This document shows positions 29,609 through 39,869 of a stretch of DNA of 64,000 nucleotides, one piece after another. Below the pieces are notes generated by a model. That model was not told the DNA's origin, searched no databases, and saw only the letters and a list, made by a program, of their open reading frames with translations. The DNA comes from a bacterium (lineage in GTDB: Bacteria > Patescibacteriota > Microgenomatia > JAMCZE01): assembly GCA_021836035.1 (NCBI GenBank), contig JAKBJL010000003.1:4135-68134 (forward strand). The letters are read 5' to 3'. A program made the translations under genes and the position numbers. Each line of letters opens with the position of its first letter. Positions within the stretch are counted from its first letter, which is position 1.

Positions 29609-30877
29609 GTGAAGAAAATTGTAGCCCTTGCCGTTTTATATTATCTGCGTTTTTGGGCAAAACTGCGGTTGGCCGGATTTAATCCCCGGGTTATCGGTGT
29701 TACCGGAAGCGTCGGTAAAACTTCCACCTGCCGGGCAATTCTCGCGATTCTCGCGGATAAATATTCCTGTCACTATAGCGAACATGCCAACTCCGAAAGC
29801 GGTATTCCTTTGGATCTCCTGGGTATAACTCCCTTAGACTATTCAGCCGGGGACTGGCTAAGGATGTTAATACTCGCGCCACTCGCGCTTCTGAAAGGTA
29901 AACCCGGTTATGGGATTTATATTGCCGAAATGGGGGTGGATTTGCCCGTGTGGCCGAAAAATATGGATTACCTGCTGACAATTTTGCGCCCGGAGATCGG
30001 GGTATTTCTGAACGCACGGCTGGTTCATAGCGAAAATTTTAAAAATTTGGAAGAAATTGCCCGGGAAAAAGGTAAATTAATAGAAAATCTCCCGCCCCGG
30101 GGTTCTGCTGTCGTTAACGCCGACGATCAGCTGGCGCGGGAATATTCAGCAAAATGTACGTGTAAAATGATATTGTATGGTCGTGCACAAGATGCCAATA
30201 TGCATATATTAGATGTTCATAGTTCCGGGCAGGGGTTTTCCCTAGAGTTTGCTATTTTAGATAAGAATTACCGGCTGAATTTACCGGGCCAGATTTTAAA
30301 TCCGGGTTACAGCGAAGTATTTTTAGCAGCAATCGCTGTAGGAATGGTTATGGGAATTGAAATCAAAGAAGCAATTTCCGCGCTGGAAAGAAATTTCCGG
30401 CTGCCGCCGGGTCGGATGAGCGCGATTTCTGGCCTTTATGGAAGTATTCTGATTGATTCTTCTTATAACGCCTCCAAATCCTCCGTGCTGGCCGCGCTGG
30501 AAGTTCTGGCGACTTATAAAGATAAACGGAAAATTGCTTTACTGGGGGACATGCGGGAGCTCGGGGATGCCGCGGCCGGGGAACACGGGGAAGTAGCCAA
30601 AACTGCCAGGGAAATTGCGGATCTGGTTTTGACCGTCGGGCCGTTGACCAAAAAATATTTTCCGCCGGAGATTAAAAATTTTCCTAATTCCTATGAAGCC
30701 GGGAAATATCTTCGGGAAATAATCAGCAAGAACGATGTAGTTTTGATTAAGGGTTCGCAGAATACGATCTTTTTGGAGAAAGCGGTCGAAATGCTCATGG
30801 CTCATCCGGAAGATGCTGATAAATTGCTCTGCCGTCGCGGGGAATTTTGGGAAAAGAAGAGAAATAATTACAATTGA
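29609..30877 (+). CDS. murF: Mur ligase family protein (MurF-like UDP-MurNAc-peptide ligase).
   Basis: P-loop VIGVTGSVGKTST. C-terminal Mur-ligase motifs ILIDSSYNASKSS...ALLGDMRELG. The GTG at 29609 is a guess: the track's ATG at 29540 overlaps the upstream gene. Confidence 0.6.
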   Translation: MKKIVALAVLYYLRFWAKLRLAGFNPRVIGVTGSVGKTSTCRAILAILADKYSCHYSEHANSESGIPLDLLGITPLDYSAGDWLRMLILAPLALLKGKPGYGIYIAEMGVDLPVWPKNMDYLLTILRPEIGVFLNARLVHSENFKNLEEIAREKGKLIENLPPRGSAVVNADDQLAREYSAKCTCKMILYGRAQDANMHILDVHSSGQGFSLEFAILDKNYRLNLPGQILNPGYSEVFLAAIAVGMVMGIEIKEAISALERNFRLPPGRMSAISGLYGSILIDSSYNASKSSVLAALEVLATYKDKRKIALLGDMRELGDAAAGEHGEVAKTAREIADLVLTVGPLTKKYFPPEIKNFPNSYEAGKYLREIISKNDVVLIKGSQNTIFLEKAVEMLMAHPEDADKLLCRRGEFWEKKRNNYN

Positions 30878-30888
30878 CCCGATAACCA

Positions 30889-31182
30889 ATGGCCGATGAA
30901 CAATTGTCAAAAACCAACAAATTTGATATTCACGACAGAATTTTTGACTTTGCAGTTTGGGTTATAAAGATAACAAAAGCTCTTCCCAAGACCCAGCAGA
31001 ACTTGAATATTATTGACCAAATTTCCCGATTGTTCACATCAATGGGAGCCAACAGCCAGGAAGCAGATGGTTTAACCGGCAGAAAACAAATTATAAGTTG
31101 TTTCGCTACCGTAAAACGGGAAACGAAAAGAAACAAAATACCGGTTAAAAATTGTTATCTCAACAAATCCAGGTTTTTCTAG
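30889..31182 (+). CDS. Four-helix-bundle protein (23S rRNA intervening-sequence protein family, TIGR02436-like).
   Basis: KFDIHDRIFDFAVWVIKITKALPK...IDQISRLFTSMGANSQEADG follows the family pattern (FDLEER...F...LP....ADQ..RS..SIGANY.EA.G). Confidence 0.55.
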   Translation: MADEQLSKTNKFDIHDRIFDFAVWVIKITKALPKTQQNLNIIDQISRLFTSMGANSQEADGLTGRKQIISCFATVKRETKRNKIPVKNCYLNKSRFF

Positions 31183-31323
31183 AAGAACGGAAGAATTGGT
31201 TAAAGAGGGTCGGGAAATTGAGGCGATTGTCTGTTCTATCTTAGAAAAAATGAAAAAATAATTATTTTTGAGAAATTGGTAATTGGATATTGGAGTCGGA
31301 TATTGTGAATTGAAATTATTAAT

Positions 31324-32379
31324 ATGAAGTTAAAAGTGGCGGTAATTTTCGGCGGCCGGTCAGCGGAGCACGAGGTATCTCTCCTGTCAGCCCGCAATAT
31401 TATTTCCGCCCTGGACAAAAATAAGTACAAAATTGTACTTATCGGCATTGATAAAAAGGGGCATTGGTATCTGGAGGACCAGGCTCATTATCTTTTGAAT
31501 CCGGATAACCCCAAATTAATCGGGCTTGCCAGATCGGGTAAAGAGTTGGTTTTGCCCCCGACGCCGCTGGCACGGCAAAATCTGTCGGTTGATGTAGCTT
31601 TCCCCGTCCTGCATGGAACCTATGGCGAGGACGGCACAATCCAGGGATTTCTCAAAATGGCGGGGATTCCTTTTGTCGGAGCGGGAGTTTTAGGATCGGC
31701 GGTGGGGATGGATAAAGAGGTACAGAAGAGATTGTTAAGGGATGCCGGCATCCCCACAGCTAGATTTGTCGTTCTTGCTAACCCCTCACCGCTAGCCCCT
31801 AGCCACTTTCTATCTCCGCTTTTTGTCAAACCAGCAAACCTGGGTTCTTCAGTGGGAGTGAGTAAAGTTTATAATCAGAAGGAATTAAAAAGAGCCATCA
31901 AAGAAGCCTTCAAATATGATACCAAAGTCCTTATTGAAGAAGCGGTTGCGGGACGGGAAATTGAATGCGCGGTTTTAGGAAATGAAAAACCGGTTGCTTC
32001 TCTTCCTGGGGAGGTAATTCCGGCGGGGAGCCATGAATTTTACGACTATGATGCTAAATACTTTGATGAAAACGGAGCAACTCTACAGATACCGGCAAAG
32101 TTATCCAAGGAACAAGTGTCCAAGATACAAAAAATATCTGTGAAAGCTTTTAAAGCTTTAAACTGCGAGGGGATGGCGCGGGTAGATATGTTTTTAAAAC
32201 CCGACGGGAAAGTTTTAGTCAACGAAATTAATACCATTCCCGGTTTTACCGATATTTCTATGTATCCCAAACTCTGGGAAGTTTCCGGTTTGCCCCAAAC
32301 CGCCCTGCTGGACCGTTTAATTGAGCTGGCAATTTCCCGGTTTGATAATGAACGAAAACTATCAATCTCACGGAATTGA
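31324..32379 (+). CDS. ddl: D-alanine--D-alanine ligase.
   Basis: MKLKVAVIFGGRSAEHEVSLLSA... ATP-grasp motifs (GEDGTIQG, EINTIPGFT). 351 aa. Confidence 0.9.
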   Translation: MKLKVAVIFGGRSAEHEVSLLSARNIISALDKNKYKIVLIGIDKKGHWYLEDQAHYLLNPDNPKLIGLARSGKELVLPPTPLARQNLSVDVAFPVLHGTYGEDGTIQGFLKMAGIPFVGAGVLGSAVGMDKEVQKRLLRDAGIPTARFVVLANPSPLAPSHFLSPLFVKPANLGSSVGVSKVYNQKELKRAIKEAFKYDTKVLIEEAVAGREIECAVLGNEKPVASLPGEVIPAGSHEFYDYDAKYFDENGATLQIPAKLSKEQVSKIQKISVKAFKALNCEGMARVDMFLKPDGKVLVNEINTIPGFTDISMYPKLWEVSGLPQTALLDRLIELAISRFDNERKLSISRN

Positions 32380-32444
32380 GCAAAATTTTATTGACTTCGG
32401 AAGGAAAATTTTTTAGACTGGGGCAAGATATAATTTAATGCTTT

Positions 32445-33680
32445 ATGTTTACAGAAGAACAGTCGAACAATTCCGTTAACAAACAGCCGGTTTCCGGAAC
32501 TATTAACCGGCGGGACTTTCTCAAGTGGTTGGGCAGTTTTTTGGTCAGTACCGTCGGCCTCTCGGTGCTAACCGGGAGCAATAGCCGGGCGGCAGAAGGA
32601 TTTAAGGAAACGGGATCAAAAGTTGGGGGAGATCCTGCCGGTAGCGCGGGATCAGAAGTGGGAACCGTTTCTGGAGTGGGGGAAGCGGCTGCTGGCAGTG
32701 AAGGAAGGGCCGATGTTACCGCCGGTGAATTGGCAATCCCGCGCGAACTATCCATAGCTATTAAAGACGAATTCGGAGAAATTGCGGGTATTTCAACCTG
32801 GCGGGAAATGATGGCGGATTTGGAAAGCCGCAAGTTTATCTGCCTCGGAGAAAACCATTACATCAGGGACGAAAGGATTGTACAGAGGAAAATTATTCAG
32901 GAGATTAGGCAGTTTTTGCCGGAAGTTCCGCTTGTTGTGGGGTTGGAATATTTCGACCAGAAATTGCAACCCAAACTGGATCACTTAAAGGACCTTCCTC
33001 ATGAGGAGGGGATATCCTATCTGCGGGAAGAAATTTTCACTGACCAAGGCTACGTACAAAGGGATACGATCCCGGAAGTTAGCAGGCTTCTCAGTTTGGA
33101 TCAATTTATCGAAACGGTTGAATGGTGTGTTAATGCGGGGATACCGCTAATTGGATTGGAAGACAAAAGTATTAGTTTAGCTCCACCATCAGGCCAGTCC
33201 GACGGTGTCCTAATCTTTAATACAGAAAATATAGATAAGTTTTCCCATGACCGGAGTAATAGCTGGTTTCGGCATTTTCTCACGGTAAAACCGACAATGG
33301 CTCACGGAACTAAATTTATCTTTCTGGGCGGATTCGACCACTTCGATACTCTCGACCCGGAATCTTTCAATGGCTTACTACGTAGTAATTTTCCTCCGGA
33401 AGAAACGGTTTCCGTAGGATTAGGACGCTTGCCGGCAGAGGGGGTACCGGGGAAAGTAAAGGCGGAAGAGGTAGCTGGAAAATACGGTAAGGTCCCCTTG
33501 ATTCTAAAAGCGCCGCAGTATATCGGTTTCTATCAAAGCCCGGAAGGGGAAATGATTCCGGATGTGGCCTCAGCGGATTATTGGCTGCCGTTAGCGGCTA
33601 AAGAGGATCTTTCGCCACTACCCCTTAGGTTGGTGCGGGCCGGAGGAAATAGCCATAATATTACGCTGGCCGGTGTTTGA
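32445..33680 (+). CDS. Secreted hypothetical protein with a Tat-like signal, possibly ChaN/Tiki-like.
   Basis: RRDFLKWLGSFLVSTVGLSV twin-arginine-like signal. Weak ICLGENHY motif. Gly/Ser-rich linker. Confidence 0.4.
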   Translation: MFTEEQSNNSVNKQPVSGTINRRDFLKWLGSFLVSTVGLSVLTGSNSRAAEGFKETGSKVGGDPAGSAGSEVGTVSGVGEAAAGSEGRADVTAGELAIPRELSIAIKDEFGEIAGISTWREMMADLESRKFICLGENHYIRDERIVQRKIIQEIRQFLPEVPLVVGLEYFDQKLQPKLDHLKDLPHEEGISYLREEIFTDQGYVQRDTIPEVSRLLSLDQFIETVEWCVNAGIPLIGLEDKSISLAPPSGQSDGVLIFNTENIDKFSHDRSNSWFRHFLTVKPTMAHGTKFIFLGGFDHFDTLDPESFNGLLRSNFPPEETVSVGLGRLPAEGVPGKVKAEEVAGKYGKVPLILKAPQYIGFYQSPEGEMIPDVASADYWLPLAAKEDLSPLPLRLVRAGGNSHNITLAGV

Positions 33681-33700
33681 AATAATGGTTTAAAGGCTTA

Positions 33701-34444
33701 GGGGACGGTCCTTTAATTTGTTGACAATACAATTAAGACATATCACAATTTGTTAAGTATGCCGCGCGGTCCTCGTCTTGCATTAAAAAATGCATTCTAC
33801 CGTGTTTTTAACCGCGGAATTAACAAACAGGATATTTTTATCCAGCCGGTGGATTACGTTTTTTCCTAAAAAGATTAATAAAATTGAAGGAGAAATATGA
33901 CTTTTCATTGTATGCCGTATGCCTCCTGCCGAATCATTTCCATCTTTCTCTCCAAACGCGCAAGGATCCTATCTTGCAGATAATGTCCTCGTTGGCTACC
34001 GGATTTTCAATGTATTATAACCGCGCTTATTCTCACTTTGGTCCAGTTTTTCAAAATAGATATAAAAGTATTCTCATTCAAAATGAAGCATATTTTATCC
34101 AGCTCTCGCAATATATTTATTTAAATCCTGTGTTAGCGGGATTGGTATCCGACCCGGTAAATTATTCCTACAGTACTTTTGGCGAAGCTATCGGATTACG
34201 CCCTTTGCATCTATTAGACACGGCTATTGTCCGCTTGATCGGCGAAACAAAACATTCGAAAGAGGAGTATAGAAAATTTGTTTATGAAGGCATGAATGCC
34301 GATTTTTCCGGATACGGAAAAGTTATTTATGGAAGAGGAGGCAGTACTCGGGAATAATTTGTTTGCTATGGGGGTCAGGAGAAAATACGTCTCGAGAAGT
34401 CATTAATATAATTTGCCCCGACAATTAATTCTAGGACCGTCCCC
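33701..34444. mobile_element. IS200/IS605-family (Y1 transposase) element bounded by a 12-bp inverted repeat, GGGGACGGTCCT / AGGACCGTCCCC.
   Basis: Inverted copies of ggggacggtcc sit at 33701-33711 and 34434-34444. The only gene between them is the IS200-like tnpA. Total length is about 744 bp. Confidence 0.6.
33759..34357 (+). pseudogene. tnpA: IS200/IS605 TnpA (Y1 HUH transposase) with a 1-nt frameshift in a T6 run (33859-33864).
   Basis: Frame 1 reads MPRGPRLALKNAFYRVFNRGINKQDIFIQPVDYVF and then stops. One added T gives ...DYVFFLKRLIKLKEKYDFSLYAVCLLPNHFHL... continuing into ORF 33884..34357 (HxH motif NHFHL; catalytic-Tyr region FQNRYKSILIQNE). Confidence 0.6.
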
Positions 34445-34713
34445 AATATGGTCCCCATATAAGTTTCTTTTAGACGAAGGTTCTTATTTCCAGACAACCC
34501 TGGATTTGTTTGTAGAGGCTTTAGCTCAACTGGCCGCGGTAGGTACGTTACCCCCCCAAATACAATCCTAAAATTGAAATGCTTTATCTTCAGAGAGCCT
34601 CGCGGGCAGAACATTCACAGGCACGAACTTTAATGCCGGAAACGCAATCGGAAACGCTCCGACCGTAAAAGGGCGATTGACAAGAATGAGCAAATATATA
34701 TAATAAACCTATA

Positions 34714-35295
34714 ATGTTTAAGGAAATTACTAGTCGACGGGAATTCCTCCGACAAGCAGCTTTCGCCGGTACAGCTTTGGCTTTGCCTTGGCTTCGGGCC
34801 AAAGAAATTTTTACTAATTTTCTTGCTACCTCCGAACGCCTTAAAAATCTGCAACCCGGAGAAACCGTAACCGTGAGCCGGGACGAATGTGATACCGATC
34901 CGGTGACCGGCCAATTTTTGCTTGAAAAGGGAAGCAAAAGAGAAGAGAAGGAACAGGTAGGCTTAATGGTAAAAGAAGCGGTTAACAGCCGGAAAGTGAT
35001 GGCTATCGGCCGGACAGTGCATGAAAAGGAAGAGGCTTTGCCGACCGATTATTTCCCGGTCAATAGCATTACTAAAAGCGGATTAAATGAAGATAGCGCC
35101 TTGGGCTTTGAAGTTATGGCCGGACCTAAAGAAAAGGAAGTGTCTGAGGGGCTTTCAGCTTTTGATTTAACCCTGGTAGGCCTAGACCCGAATTGGACGG
35201 AGGCGGAGCGAAAACAAACTTATGAGCGTCTGGCTGCCACGTTCCCCCGCCGCAGCCACGTACTGCGATTATATTTTAAGCTTGAGTCCCGCTAA
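34714..35295 (+). CDS. Secreted hypothetical protein with a Tat signal.
   Basis: SRREFLRQAAFAGTALALPWLRA twin-arginine signal. Confidence 0.4.
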   Translation: MFKEITSRREFLRQAAFAGTALALPWLRAKEIFTNFLATSERLKNLQPGETVTVSRDECDTDPVTGQFLLEKGSKREEKEQVGLMVKEAVNSRKVMAIGRTVHEKEEALPTDYFPVNSITKSGLNEDSALGFEVMAGPKEKEVSEGLSAFDLTLVGLDPNWTEAERKQTYERLAATFPRRSHVLRLYFKLESR

Positions 35296-35345
35296 TTTAT
35301 ATTTTTTCGTTTGACTCCTCCCCCGTTTTATGGTTCGATGAATAT

Positions 35346-35960
35346 ATGGTGAGTTGGTTCTTGCGAAAGAGAGTTCTCCTTGTTTTCCTTTTTATATTGG
35401 CGGTTATTATTCTGGCGGAATTTGCCTATTATTTTATCCTTCTTGGGCACAGAAAAGTCCCCCTAACTGCAGGAAAACAAGGCGAGGCGGTAAGTTCCCA
35501 CCGAAATATGCTGCCGGAAGATTACGAAATTCCCTCAAGCGCAACCGGTAAACTAACGGACACCATAAGTTTGGAGAAGGACATAAGCAGTCTTAATTTA
35601 ATTACGGACAAGAGTTTAAAGGCTCTGGCTACTGTCTCCGGAGTATCGGCCTCTTTTAACGGAACTTCTTTTGAAAAGGTAATGGGGGGTAAAGTTATTA
35701 AGGTCGAAGAGACCAACGACAAATACCAGATTACTCTGCAGCAAGAGCAGGGTGCGGTATCGGTACAATTAGCATCGGGTCTAATTCTTTACTCGAAGAA
35801 TAAAGACATATTTATTGCTAGGCAAATTGTTTGGGGTAACAAGGATTTTGAGAAATATTTTTTAGATCAGGTCAGACCGGGTAAAGAAATAATGCTCTCG
35901 GATGTGGCTGGGGAAGCGGGGGGGCAACTTAGTGCCGGGAAAATTATCGTTGTAAATTAA
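35346..35960 (+). CDS. Membrane-anchored hypothetical protein.
   Basis: N-terminal TM LLVFLFILAVIILAEFAYYFILL. No recognisable motif. Confidence 0.35.
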   Translation: MVSWFLRKRVLLVFLFILAVIILAEFAYYFILLGHRKVPLTAGKQGEAVSSHRNMLPEDYEIPSSATGKLTDTISLEKDISSLNLITDKSLKALATVSGVSASFNGTSFEKVMGGKVIKVEETNDKYQITLQQEQGAVSVQLASGLILYSKNKDIFIARQIVWGNKDFEKYFLDQVRPGKEIMLSDVAGEAGGQLSAGKIIVVN

Positions 35961-35963
35961 CAC

Positions 35964-38900
35964 ATGAAAAGAATATTATGGCTAATTGCTCTCTTCTTGG
36001 CGATGGTTTGTTTGGGAATTTTCTTTCAAAATAACCCTTCCTTCGTGCGGGCCCAAACGTGTGATCCCAATGACCCCTGCTGCGATCCCTGGCGCCCGGC
36101 TGCCTGCCATTGTTGCCAGCCGGATGATTATACAATAGCATGTGTAATTTCTATGAACTGCGGCAGCAACCCTACTCCGTGTCTCGCAGGAGTTTGCTCT
36201 AAACCTGGCAACAACAGTGAGGCGGAATGCCAAAACGCCGGCGGTTCATGGTATTACACCTGCTGCGATTATAACAACATTTACACCTCGACTTATAACC
36301 CCAATAAAGGTTACTGTTCTTCAGTTTGTAACGGCACCTGCACTTTCTGGGATAACAATATCAGCAATTGGAATTACAATGGCCATTGCAACGTAGACGT
36401 CCAGGGCTGTTACCCTACCTGCACGGCAACTTCCGGGCCTGGGACTGCTTACGTCAATAAAAGTACGGCCCCCAATAACTATAGTGCCAGTCCACAGAAT
36501 GGGGGGACGAGCTACGGAATTTATAAGTTAGCTCCCAGCTCGGACCCGAAATTAGGCACTTCCTGGTCTACTATTTGTGGCCCCGGAGGCTGCCCGGCAC
36601 CGGGTACTTTTTCCAGTACGGGAACTTGGACAGCAACCTGCAATACTTCTCGGTTAATGGACAGGTACGGAGTTTCCACTACCTATGCCTGTTCGGGAAA
36701 CCCCGCTTGTGAATCGGATCCGGCCTGGTGTAGCTCTATAGGAGGTTCGCCGGGTTATAAATGGTGTGGTCCGGGTTCCCGGATGCCAGTCAATGTATAT
36801 AATATTCCTACCTGCAGTATCTCCTGCAGCCCCAACCCTGGAACCCAGCCGAATGCGATTGATATAACTACTAATGCTAACGGGAACGGGGGAGGCATTT
36901 ACGGGGTTAATGTTTATGTCAATCGGGATCCTAACGGGGGTTATTCTACCTGGGACTCAATCGCTAGTGCCAACGGGGGAGGAGCTTCTACTTATTCCAC
37001 TACCAATTCCTGGTCTTCTACCAATACGGCAACCAGCTATACGGTCGGTACTCACCGGGTAGCGGCTAATCTTTATGACACTAGCGGCAATTATCTTTAT
37101 CAATGCGGCAATACCTGTACCCTTAACCCGCCCCCGCCGCCCAGTTGTACTTTAGACCTTCTTCCTGCTACCAATACTATTTACACCAACGGTACGGTTA
37201 ACCTTACCGCCAGCTATACCGCCAACAATGCCATTATTTCTTATGTTGATTTTTCCTCTAACACCAATACTGCCGCGACGACCGTTAATCCCAGCCGTGA
37301 TAGTTATGCTCCTTACATAACCAGAGTTACTGCCGGGAATACGGCGGGTACGGCCATTATTACTGCTGTGGGAACGATGAGTGACGGGAATACAACCTGC
37401 CGGGATACCGCTACCGTAAATGTTATTTATCCTCCTCCCACCTGCGGGACTTTAGCTTGCGCGTTTAATCCCAACGTTTTAAAAATTGGGGATAGCGGGA
37501 GCGGCCAGATCAGCGGCGCCCCGACCAACGGCACAATTACCGGGGGTACCTGGCTTAATCCGCCGTCTACTACTACTTTACCGGTGACCCAGCTTGCCAG
37601 TCTTTCTGCCCCCGGCCTGGCCCCCACCTATCGGGTGGCGGTAACCCCCAAAGCGGTGGGCACGGGACAATCAACGGTAAATGTAAATGTACTCGGGCTG
37701 GATGGAACCAATATTATTTGCGCCCGCACTTGCCAACTAACCATTTCTTCGCCGGATGTTTCCTGCCAATTTAATGTGGATGTTTCGGGCGCGACCGGGC
37801 CGGGAGGAAGCATTATCGTCGATGACTCGCTCACGGTCACGACTACGGTAAGTGTGCCTACCGGAGCTTTATACGCAGCTCCCACTACGGCTGAAATCAA
37901 TTTTGCCAGCAGCGTGCCTGCGGTTATTCGCGCACCGGCCGATGTTACAATGTATAATGCTCCCAGCTCCACTAACATCCAAATTTTATCAGCCGACCAT
38001 ACAGGCTCAACGACTATTACCGCCTCCGGTTATTTGACCAATTTCCAGCCGGGTTTGGGGATTACTTCCATTACCTGTACCCCCGGGCTGTATAACGCCG
38101 TGGTTAATGAATACGGAGGCTGGTGGCAGACGGGGGCAGCTAATGCTTACGGGGATATTTTTGCCAAAGGAACAATTCGTAGCCCGCTCCCCAATGACAC
38201 TACTTTTTTGGATTTAGGCAACAATCCGCTAACTCATTCCACAATCGTCTCAACTGATGTCGGGATAACGGGACATCCGGAAACACCGTCCATTGATCTT
38301 TGGAGCCATGAGGGGAAATTAAGTACTGCACAATATCAGGTGAAAACCGACAGTACCAGCCCTGCCGGGGAAACGGGGAAATATGCCAGTTATACTTACT
38401 GGCATGATCTCTTAACCGGTCAGTTACATACTTTTACCTGGCCCGGGGGACACGTGATTGACTCCATCCACAGTATTCCTAGTATTATTTCCGGTATGGC
38501 CGCAAACGAAACCCGGGTTTATGAAGTCGATGGTGATCTGACCGTCTCTAGTATCCAACAGGTAAACAACGCCGGCGGTTCACCGAAAGCAGTCATCTTT
38601 CTGGTCAAGGGAGATTTGTTAGTCAATGCGATTATTACCTCCCGCGATCCCCAGCTTTTCCTGGGCTTTATCGTCAAAGGCGGGGGGGCGGTAGATGGTA
38701 TTAAAGTCCAGGATGGTTTACAGCGCGGGATAAATACTACCATGGACGGCTTTTTCCTGACTGACGGTACTTTTGATACCGGTACAAATGTTGGCGGCAA
38801 CCAGGATTTTAGCGGCAAAGGTGTCTTTATCGCCCACGATTTCAAATTGCAGCGCACTATGGGAAATCAGAACAAAATCTTCCCGTCGGAAACTTTTATT

Positions 38901-38978
38901 TTCGATCCCGCTTTAATTTTAAACGCTCCTGCGGAGATGATGCACCCCCTCTACTCCTGGAGCGAGATGGTGCCCTAG
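35964..38978 (+). CDS. Giant secreted Cys-rich surface protein (1004 aa). Paralog of 39870..41951.
   Basis: Signal peptide, then AQTC. Very Cys-rich N-terminus (CDPNDPCCDPWRPAACHCCQ...). Ig-like middle. Conserved C-terminal domain (WWQTGAANAYGDIF...FLDLGNNP...FDPALILNAPAEMM). Confidence 0.6.
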   Translation: MKRILWLIALFLAMVCLGIFFQNNPSFVRAQTCDPNDPCCDPWRPAACHCCQPDDYTIACVISMNCGSNPTPCLAGVCSKPGNNSEAECQNAGGSWYYTCCDYNNIYTSTYNPNKGYCSSVCNGTCTFWDNNISNWNYNGHCNVDVQGCYPTCTATSGPGTAYVNKSTAPNNYSASPQNGGTSYGIYKLAPSSDPKLGTSWSTICGPGGCPAPGTFSSTGTWTATCNTSRLMDRYGVSTTYACSGNPACESDPAWCSSIGGSPGYKWCGPGSRMPVNVYNIPTCSISCSPNPGTQPNAIDITTNANGNGGGIYGVNVYVNRDPNGGYSTWDSIASANGGGASTYSTTNSWSSTNTATSYTVGTHRVAANLYDTSGNYLYQCGNTCTLNPPPPPSCTLDLLPATNTIYTNGTVNLTASYTANNAIISYVDFSSNTNTAATTVNPSRDSYAPYITRVTAGNTAGTAIITAVGTMSDGNTTCRDTATVNVIYPPPTCGTLACAFNPNVLKIGDSGSGQISGAPTNGTITGGTWLNPPSTTTLPVTQLASLSAPGLAPTYRVAVTPKAVGTGQSTVNVNVLGLDGTNIICARTCQLTISSPDVSCQFNVDVSGATGPGGSIIVDDSLTVTTTVSVPTGALYAAPTTAEINFASSVPAVIRAPADVTMYNAPSSTNIQILSADHTGSTTITASGYLTNFQPGLGITSITCTPGLYNAVVNEYGGWWQTGAANAYGDIFAKGTIRSPLPNDTTFLDLGNNPLTHSTIVSTDVGITGHPETPSIDLWSHEGKLSTAQYQVKTDSTSPAGETGKYASYTYWHDLLTGQLHTFTWPGGHVIDSIHSIPSIISGMAANETRVYEVDGDLTVSSIQQVNNAGGSPKAVIFLVKGDLLVNAIITSRDPQLFLGFIVKGGGAVDGIKVQDGLQRGINTTMDGFFLTDGTFDTGTNVGGNQDFSGKGVFIAHDFKLQRTMGNQNKIFPSETFIFDPALILNAPAEMMHPLYSWSEMVP

Positions 38979-39044
38979 AAGGGGATTCCTTTGCCATACT
39001 TCGACCCGGTTGACTTCTTCTGCTTTCTGAGTTAAGAAAGCCCT

Positions 39045-39800
39045 ATGAAGGGGTTTAGCCCTGAGGGGTTAAGGCACCGCCGGGATACAATTACTTTAGT
39101 GGTATTATTAAATCTGCTGTCCGGGTGCCGTGGGGATTTTACTCCGGTGGCAAACTTTTCCTCGGGAGAGAAGACTCCGATCCCGTCGACAGCCGCGACT
39201 GCCGAAGTAACGGCTACTATCGCCGAATCTACCTCTACGCCGACTGCGTTTCCTTTTCCAACGCACACTTCGGTCCCGACCGCTACCCGCACAGAAGCGC
39301 CGAAACCTGCACCCACCAAAATGCCAACCAAAACGCCGCGGCTCTGGCCGTCAATTCCGCCTTTGGCTTCAGCCGAGATCGTAATTAACTGGCAAAGTTT
39401 TGAAGATGACAGCGGCGCTCGCGGACTGGAAGGAAAATATGTTAATGTAGAAGCTCTTGACGGGCAAATTGTCCGTTTTTGGATTGATGTCAGCCGGGAC
39501 GAAATAGAAAATCCCGTGCCTCTGGAATTTCCGGTTGACCGGGAGAGACCGCTGAAAATTTATGATTCCCTGGTGCAGACTGGTTGGCGAAAGTTTTACG
39601 GTCCAAACGGCGAGCAGTGGTTAACGCCGGTTTACATCAGCGGAGCAGAAGCTTACTCTCCGGAAGAGGTGGTAGAAATGGTTAAACATTATTTCCGCAG
39701 CGGGGATTTTGCCTCTGTTGATTATTTTTCCCGGGGCGTGCCTGCAAGAGGTCCCCTGCAAAATCGCAATGTCAACGAATTAGGTTACCTGGTTAAGTAA
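39045..39800 (+). CDS. Putative lipoprotein with a Thr/Pro-rich linker.
   Basis: Lipobox-like LLNLLSGC. Linker TATIAESTSTPTAFPFPTHTSVPTATRTEAPKPAPTKMPTKTP. Confidence 0.45.
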   Translation: MKGFSPEGLRHRRDTITLVVLLNLLSGCRGDFTPVANFSSGEKTPIPSTAATAEVTATIAESTSTPTAFPFPTHTSVPTATRTEAPKPAPTKMPTKTPRLWPSIPPLASAEIVINWQSFEDDSGARGLEGKYVNVEALDGQIVRFWIDVSRDEIENPVPLEFPVDRERPLKIYDSLVQTGWRKFYGPNGEQWLTPVYISGAEAYSPEEVVEMVKHYFRSGDFASVDYFSRGVPARGPLQNRNVNELGYLVK

Positions 39801-39869
39801 AAGTCGCTTACCGGACTCGTCGGATTTCTCCCATTGTCAGTAATACAGGTAGGTGCTAATCTGAAATTA

